From: a virus
Virus record (IMG/VR): IMGVR_UViG_3300049216_000067
Direction: 5' to 3' (one strand)
Length of the DNA: 64,000 nt
Within the stretch, counting starts at the first letter, position 1, and every line of letters begins with the position of its first letter. Below, one piece after another: positions 60,193 to 64,000 of this stretch. The notes below the pieces were generated by a model. The model did no database searches, was not told the origin of the DNA, and saw nothing but the letters and a program-made list of their open reading frames with translations. The translations under genes and the position numbers were made by a program.

Positions 60193-61212
60193 TTAAACCG
60201 TCTTTGGGTACTCCGTGATCACTGTATCGAAACCATAAGCGTTGCTAGAGTTTGCACCGGCAGGTAATGGTGTGATCGTAACATTAGCCATTAATACATC
60301 TGGTGTAATAGAACCTACGTAGTATATAGCTCCGGTTGTGGCACCAATGATTGTTGCATTGGCTAAGAATGATCCAGAAACATTAGCCAATACCAACACA
60401 TTTCCTGTTGCATTCCATGTAGAAACAGTACCTGTAGCTGTAGCGTCTGGAAGGTTTGCACCCTGATAAACGATTTCGTTGATCTGATAATTGCCGCTGC
60501 CACCGGCTGTATCAGACAAGAAGATTTCAACATCAGAAGCCAAGCCATTAGAACCAAGCTGAGTATCGATAAAGAAGTTAGTTGATACTTGAGTGATAAC
60601 ATTGCCTGTTGTAATTGGGCCAAACAACTGAGCTTGCATTGTAAAACCAAGTGTCCAAATGATTGTGCGCTCTTGATCTGGAGCAGCGCCTTCATATTCA
60701 TTAGAACAAGTGACACTGTTTAACATCAATGGAACGTTGCGTGAAATTCCCAATTCTGGAACGTAATTGATTGTCAATGTGTAATTTGGTACGAATACAG
60801 GAAGAATTTGTTCGATTAACTGTGTACCATCTTCTACGTTGCGAACATAAATGCATAGCTCGAAACCTAGATCCCATGGGACTGGTTGATACTGTTGATC
60901 TGCCGCACCATTAACACCAGGAACAGTAATGCTATTGTATGTGCTTAGCTTTCTATTAGGGGCATAGTTATAGCTTGTGATAGCGAATGATGCACGAGGT
61001 AGTGAAATTTCAATAGGTTTAGCCAAACGAGGATTATCAACTAAACGAGTAATAAAATCTTCTTTGCCTTCATACGTCAATGGCACGACAATGCGTGACT
61101 TTTCAGTCACACCATCGATGTACTTGACCATGATCATGTTGTCGAATAAAGAACCAAATGCGACTACACAATTACGAATTGTACGAAAATAATAAGGATT
61201 GTTACCAAACAT
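60193..61212 (-). CDS. gp15: Tail sheath stabiliser/terminator with an extra C-terminal domain
   Basis: YFRTIRNCVVAFGSLF, LPRASF, QLIEQILPVF and IIWTLGF. Confidence 0.92.
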   Translation of the reverse strand: MFGNNPYYFRTIRNCVVAFGSLFDNMIMVKYIDGVTEKSRIVVPLTYEGKEDFITRLVDNPRLAKPIEISLPRASFAITSYNYAPNRKLSTYNSITVPGVNGAADQQYQPVPWDLGFELCIYVRNVEDGTQLIEQILPVFVPNYTLTINYVPELGISRNVPLMLNSVTCSNEYEGAAPDQERTIIWTLGFTMQAQLFGPITTGNVITQVSTNFFIDTQLGSNGLASDVEIFLSDTAGGSGNYQINEIVYQGANLPDATATGTVSTWNATGNVLVLANVSGSFLANATIIGATTGAIYYVGSITPDVLMANVTITPLPAGANSSNAYGFDTVITEYPKTV

Positions 61213-62114
61213 TAGCTATCACCAAAAGGATTTGTTTCACTGAAATTTAAGATAGTGTTAGCCGCTTCATTGATACCAGGATTATCCATGAATGGATTGT
61301 TCGTATTAGTCAACATACTGTAATTGTTCACTGTCCATGTTGCTCCAGTGCTTGCATCAAATATGCTGACGTTAGGTAGGAATAGACCGCTGATAGTATT
61401 CAACTGCAATACGGCTGAAGGCTCATCCCAACTGGTGACAATTGCGTTGGCTGTTTGTAGACCATTAATATTGTTATTGCTTGTTTGATAAACTATATCG
61501 CCAACGTTATAGATACCTGAACCAGTATTGACCATGTTGAAAGCGTATGTAGCAATGATACTGTTTACAGCATTTGATATTTCAGGAACAGATGTTTGAA
61601 TAGTTTCATCGTTATAACGAAACTTCTCGACTACCAATGAGAATGCATAAAAGTTTGTTTCTGGCGCTGTTGGATCGGATACACCTTTTCCAAATGGGTA
61701 GAAAAAGTATTCTTCATCGACATACTTAATTTCAAATAGGGCACCAAAATTAGATAGCCACAACAAATCACCTTCGCGTGGACGTAGATAAGCACCTTGA
61801 ACTTCACGCTTCCATGCACGATTAGGCATAAGAAATCTAGCTTGTTTCTTTACCATTAAGCCGAATTTACTGTAAAACTCCCCACCCTCAAAGTTGTCTA
61901 CTGATTGCACGTAGCATTCAATTGTGTAGTTGTTTGTGAATTTTTTGACTGGGTCATCACCAAAAAGCAAATCAAATCCATTAGGATCACTGCTGTCGCG
62001 TGGGATATAGGCCACATCGATGCCCCATGTTTGTACAAATTCATTGAACAAATCTTCCATGAGACGCTGATCTGCGCCACTGTTGAAGTTGTTCATTATT
62101 GTGCGGGTTACCAT
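61212..62114 (-). CDS. gp14: Neck protein
   Basis: DVAYIPR, SKFGL, RPREGDL and FSETNPFG; start at MVTRT (TAATG overlap). Confidence 0.92.
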   Translation of the reverse strand: MVTRTIMNNFNSGADQRLMEDLFNEFVQTWGIDVAYIPRDSSDPNGFDLLFGDDPVKKFTNNYTIECYVQSVDNFEGGEFYSKFGLMVKKQARFLMPNRAWKREVQGAYLRPREGDLLWLSNFGALFEIKYVDEEYFFYPFGKGVSDPTAPETNFYAFSLVVEKFRYNDETIQTSVPEISNAVNSIIATYAFNMVNTGSGIYNVGDIVYQTSNNNINGLQTANAIVTSWDEPSAVLQLNTISGLFLPNVSIFDASTGATWTVNNYSMLTNTNNPFMDNPGINEAANTILNFSETNPFGDS

Positions 62115-62266
62115 TACGCTGCTGCCTTGCAATTGTCGAAGTGATGACGCAACATGATATTTCCGCGACCACTTTTATGGCAGTGTGGGCAAGTACGTTC
62201 AATCAAATTAGAAGGATCATCGGTGCCGCCCATGTGTTTTGGAATTACATGATGTAGGTATTTCAT
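62114..62266 (-). pseudogene. 50-aa internally deleted HNH homing endonuclease remnant
   Basis: MKYLHHVIPKHMGGTDDPSNLIE joined directly to RTCPHCHKSG...RHHFDNCK. Confidence 0.75.
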
Positions 62267-62270
62267 TAAT

Positions 62271-63044
62271 TTAACCAACTTCCCACATCGGAGGCGCAGA
62301 AAATATACTCATAATTTGTTCTTTAAGATCAGCAATTTCTTGAGTGGCTTCATCATAGATTTTCTGTCCGTTGACTGTTATTCCACCAGGAAGAACAGCA
62401 GTAGAACTTGTCTTTTTGAGATTTGTTCCCCATTGTTGTTTTATCATTGCTGTTGCATATTGCTTGAGCCAAATGTCTGACCAAAATCTTCCATCACCTT
62501 GCGGTAGATATGTATAGACTTCAGCCACAACATAAGAACCTATGCTCACATCAGCGTTAGGGCCACCAGTACCCTGTCCCCAGTTCAAGTCTGTATATAA
62601 GATGTTGGTGTTCCTATTGTAACGGATAGGAACATCACCAATAAACAACATTTCAAGTGTACGAATGTGTTCATTAGCCAATTCAAAATACACATAATCG
62701 GCGCTAGTGAAGTCATACAATTCATTCAAACGAATTTGATAGTTCAAGTCGAAGATGTTGAAGTCTTGGCTGTTACCAACAGATGTGGTGTTCAATGGAA
62801 AAATACGAGTGACATTAAATACATTGTTAGGCATTGTGAAATACTGATTAGCCATGACGTTTGCAGTCACAAGCATACTTAGGTATTGCTTTTCAACACC
62901 ATCAAAATGAAATTCAGTGAAGTAATCGAGTGTGTCATCAATACGATCATCTGCTTGTTCTAATGTAACATTAATATCAATGGCACCTTGACCAAGCCTA
63001 CGAAAACAATATTGTATGAGTTCTTGTCTTGAAGTAGGTTTCAT
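62271..63044 (-). CDS. gp13: Neck protein
   Basis: PTSRQELIQYCFRRLG, YFTEFHFDG and KQQWGTNLKK...LPGG. Confidence 0.95.
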   Translation of the reverse strand: MKPTSRQELIQYCFRRLGQGAIDINVTLEQADDRIDDTLDYFTEFHFDGVEKQYLSMLVTANVMANQYFTMPNNVFNVTRIFPLNTTSVGNSQDFNIFDLNYQIRLNELYDFTSADYVYFELANEHIRTLEMLFIGDVPIRYNRNTNILYTDLNWGQGTGGPNADVSIGSYVVAEVYTYLPQGDGRFWSDIWLKQYATAMIKQQWGTNLKKTSSTAVLPGGITVNGQKIYDEATQEIADLKEQIMSIFSAPPMWEVG

Positions 63045-63850
63045 TATGCTGGTCCTATTGCAAGAACAAATACTTCAGTACAGGTAGAGGCACCGGTACA
63101 GCTATAAACACCAAAACTGGTTGAATTGCTTGAGGCTAAACCAAATGCCAATTTAGCATTCGTGATAGGAACGACACAGTATGGTGTATTAGAAAATGAA
63201 ACAGGAAAACTAAAATTGTAAGGTCCTGCATCACCGTTAATATTAGCACCATAAACTGCCCATTGAACTAAAATGTTTCCCGCAGTGGATGCCAAATAGA
63301 TATGACCATTGCTTGCCAACGTTGCTGAATAGACAGCTGCGATAGCATTCCACGTACCATCTGCACGAAGAAAATTAGTTGTTCCACCACCGGATGCTGG
63401 AACAATACCAGAACCAGATGAAGTGAATTGATTATATGATGTTGTATATGCGCTTGTAACACGACCGCGATAATCGAGTGTCACTACTGGAATTTGAGAA
63501 CCTGAACCATAAGTTCCTGCACTTACGCCAGAATAAGCAATACCGGCGTTGGCTGTTCCATAAGCAGCTTCTGCAACAGTTAAAGCTGAAGCTGCTGCAC
63601 TGATACCGCTGTTACCTGCTGTGTATGCAAGGTTTGCTTGAGCGTATGCGCTATTTGCTTGGGCATAGGCTTCTTCACCAATAAGAACACCTACATTCGC
63701 TTGAGCATATGCGGCATTAGCAGTAGTATAAGCAAGATTAGCCTGCCCATAAGCGGTGCCTATGTTGGCAGATAGATTGGTTAATAGCACATCCAAAGTC
63801 ACATTGGCAGTGTTACGAACTTGCTGTAAAAACGGTTGTTCTTGTGACAT
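63044..63850 (-). CDS. Tail fibre/whisker-like protein
   Basis: AYxxAN heptad repeats, GTYGS...D..GRVT, FLRADGTW and a C-terminal ILVQW...FPVSF domain; CTAAATA at 63873-63879. Confidence 0.7.
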   Translation of the reverse strand: MSQEQPFLQQVRNTANVTLDVLLTNLSANIGTAYGQANLAYTTANAAYAQANVGVLIGEEAYAQANSAYAQANLAYTAGNSGISAAASALTVAEAAYGTANAGIAYSGVSAGTYGSGSQIPVVTLDYRGRVTSAYTTSYNQFTSSGSGIVPASGGGTTNFLRADGTWNAIAAVYSATLASNGHIYLASTAGNILVQWAVYGANINGDAGPYNFSFPVSFSNTPYCVVPITNAKLAFGLASSNSTSFGVYSCTGASTCTEVFVLAIGPA

Positions 63851-64000
63851 TTAAGTTCCTTGATGAATCGTTTATTTAGGTCTTAAAGAACAACTACAGA
63901 GACGTTTTCGTTTGCCTGGATAACATCACCTTGAGCAGCACTGTTGGCAAATATTAATACTTGACCAGTGATTGTGTAGACGTTGACGTTGTTAGGAAGC

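Noticed and set aside
1-64000. tRNA genes, reverse transcriptase/DGR/retron, integrase, stop-codon recoding
   Set aside because: None recognised by eye, and core genes are full length in the standard code. A tRNAscan run would still be prudent.

Overview
This window is part of a large T4-like (Tevenvirinae/Kyanoviridae-type) myophage genome, with nearly all core genes on the minus strand. The left part holds gp46, gp47, gp55, uvsW, uvsY, gp3, gp23, gp22, gp21, prohead core/internal proteins, gp20, gp19 and gp18. The right part holds gp17, gp16, gp15, gp14, gp13 and a fibre gene. About 35 kb of accessory DNA (22.6-57.4 kb) separates gp18 from gp17. The most striking element is a visibly GC-richer, bidirectionally transcribed island at about 44.2-53.8 kb. 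It carries six sigma-54-type (-24/-12) promoter motifs, each near a conserved TGACA-N5-TGTCA palindrome and several with IHF-like elements. Next to it is a ~1.3 kb non-coding block with a 31-bp tandem array of the same palindrome, CRP-like boxes and dense TAATAGGA repeats. I infer an enhancer-dependent early regulon using a host activator, possibly PilR-like. Other highlights: a candidate pseudoknotted ~330-nt RNA upstream of gp55; His/Lys-rich head polyproteins punctuated by gp21-type cleavage motifs; a candidate non-MotA middle-promoter box; a late GH5 glycoside hydrolase; a T7-0.7-like kinase; a mini-bL12 peptide; and paired DUF932 paralogs. All family assignments are by eye from motifs and synteny, and no database searches were run.
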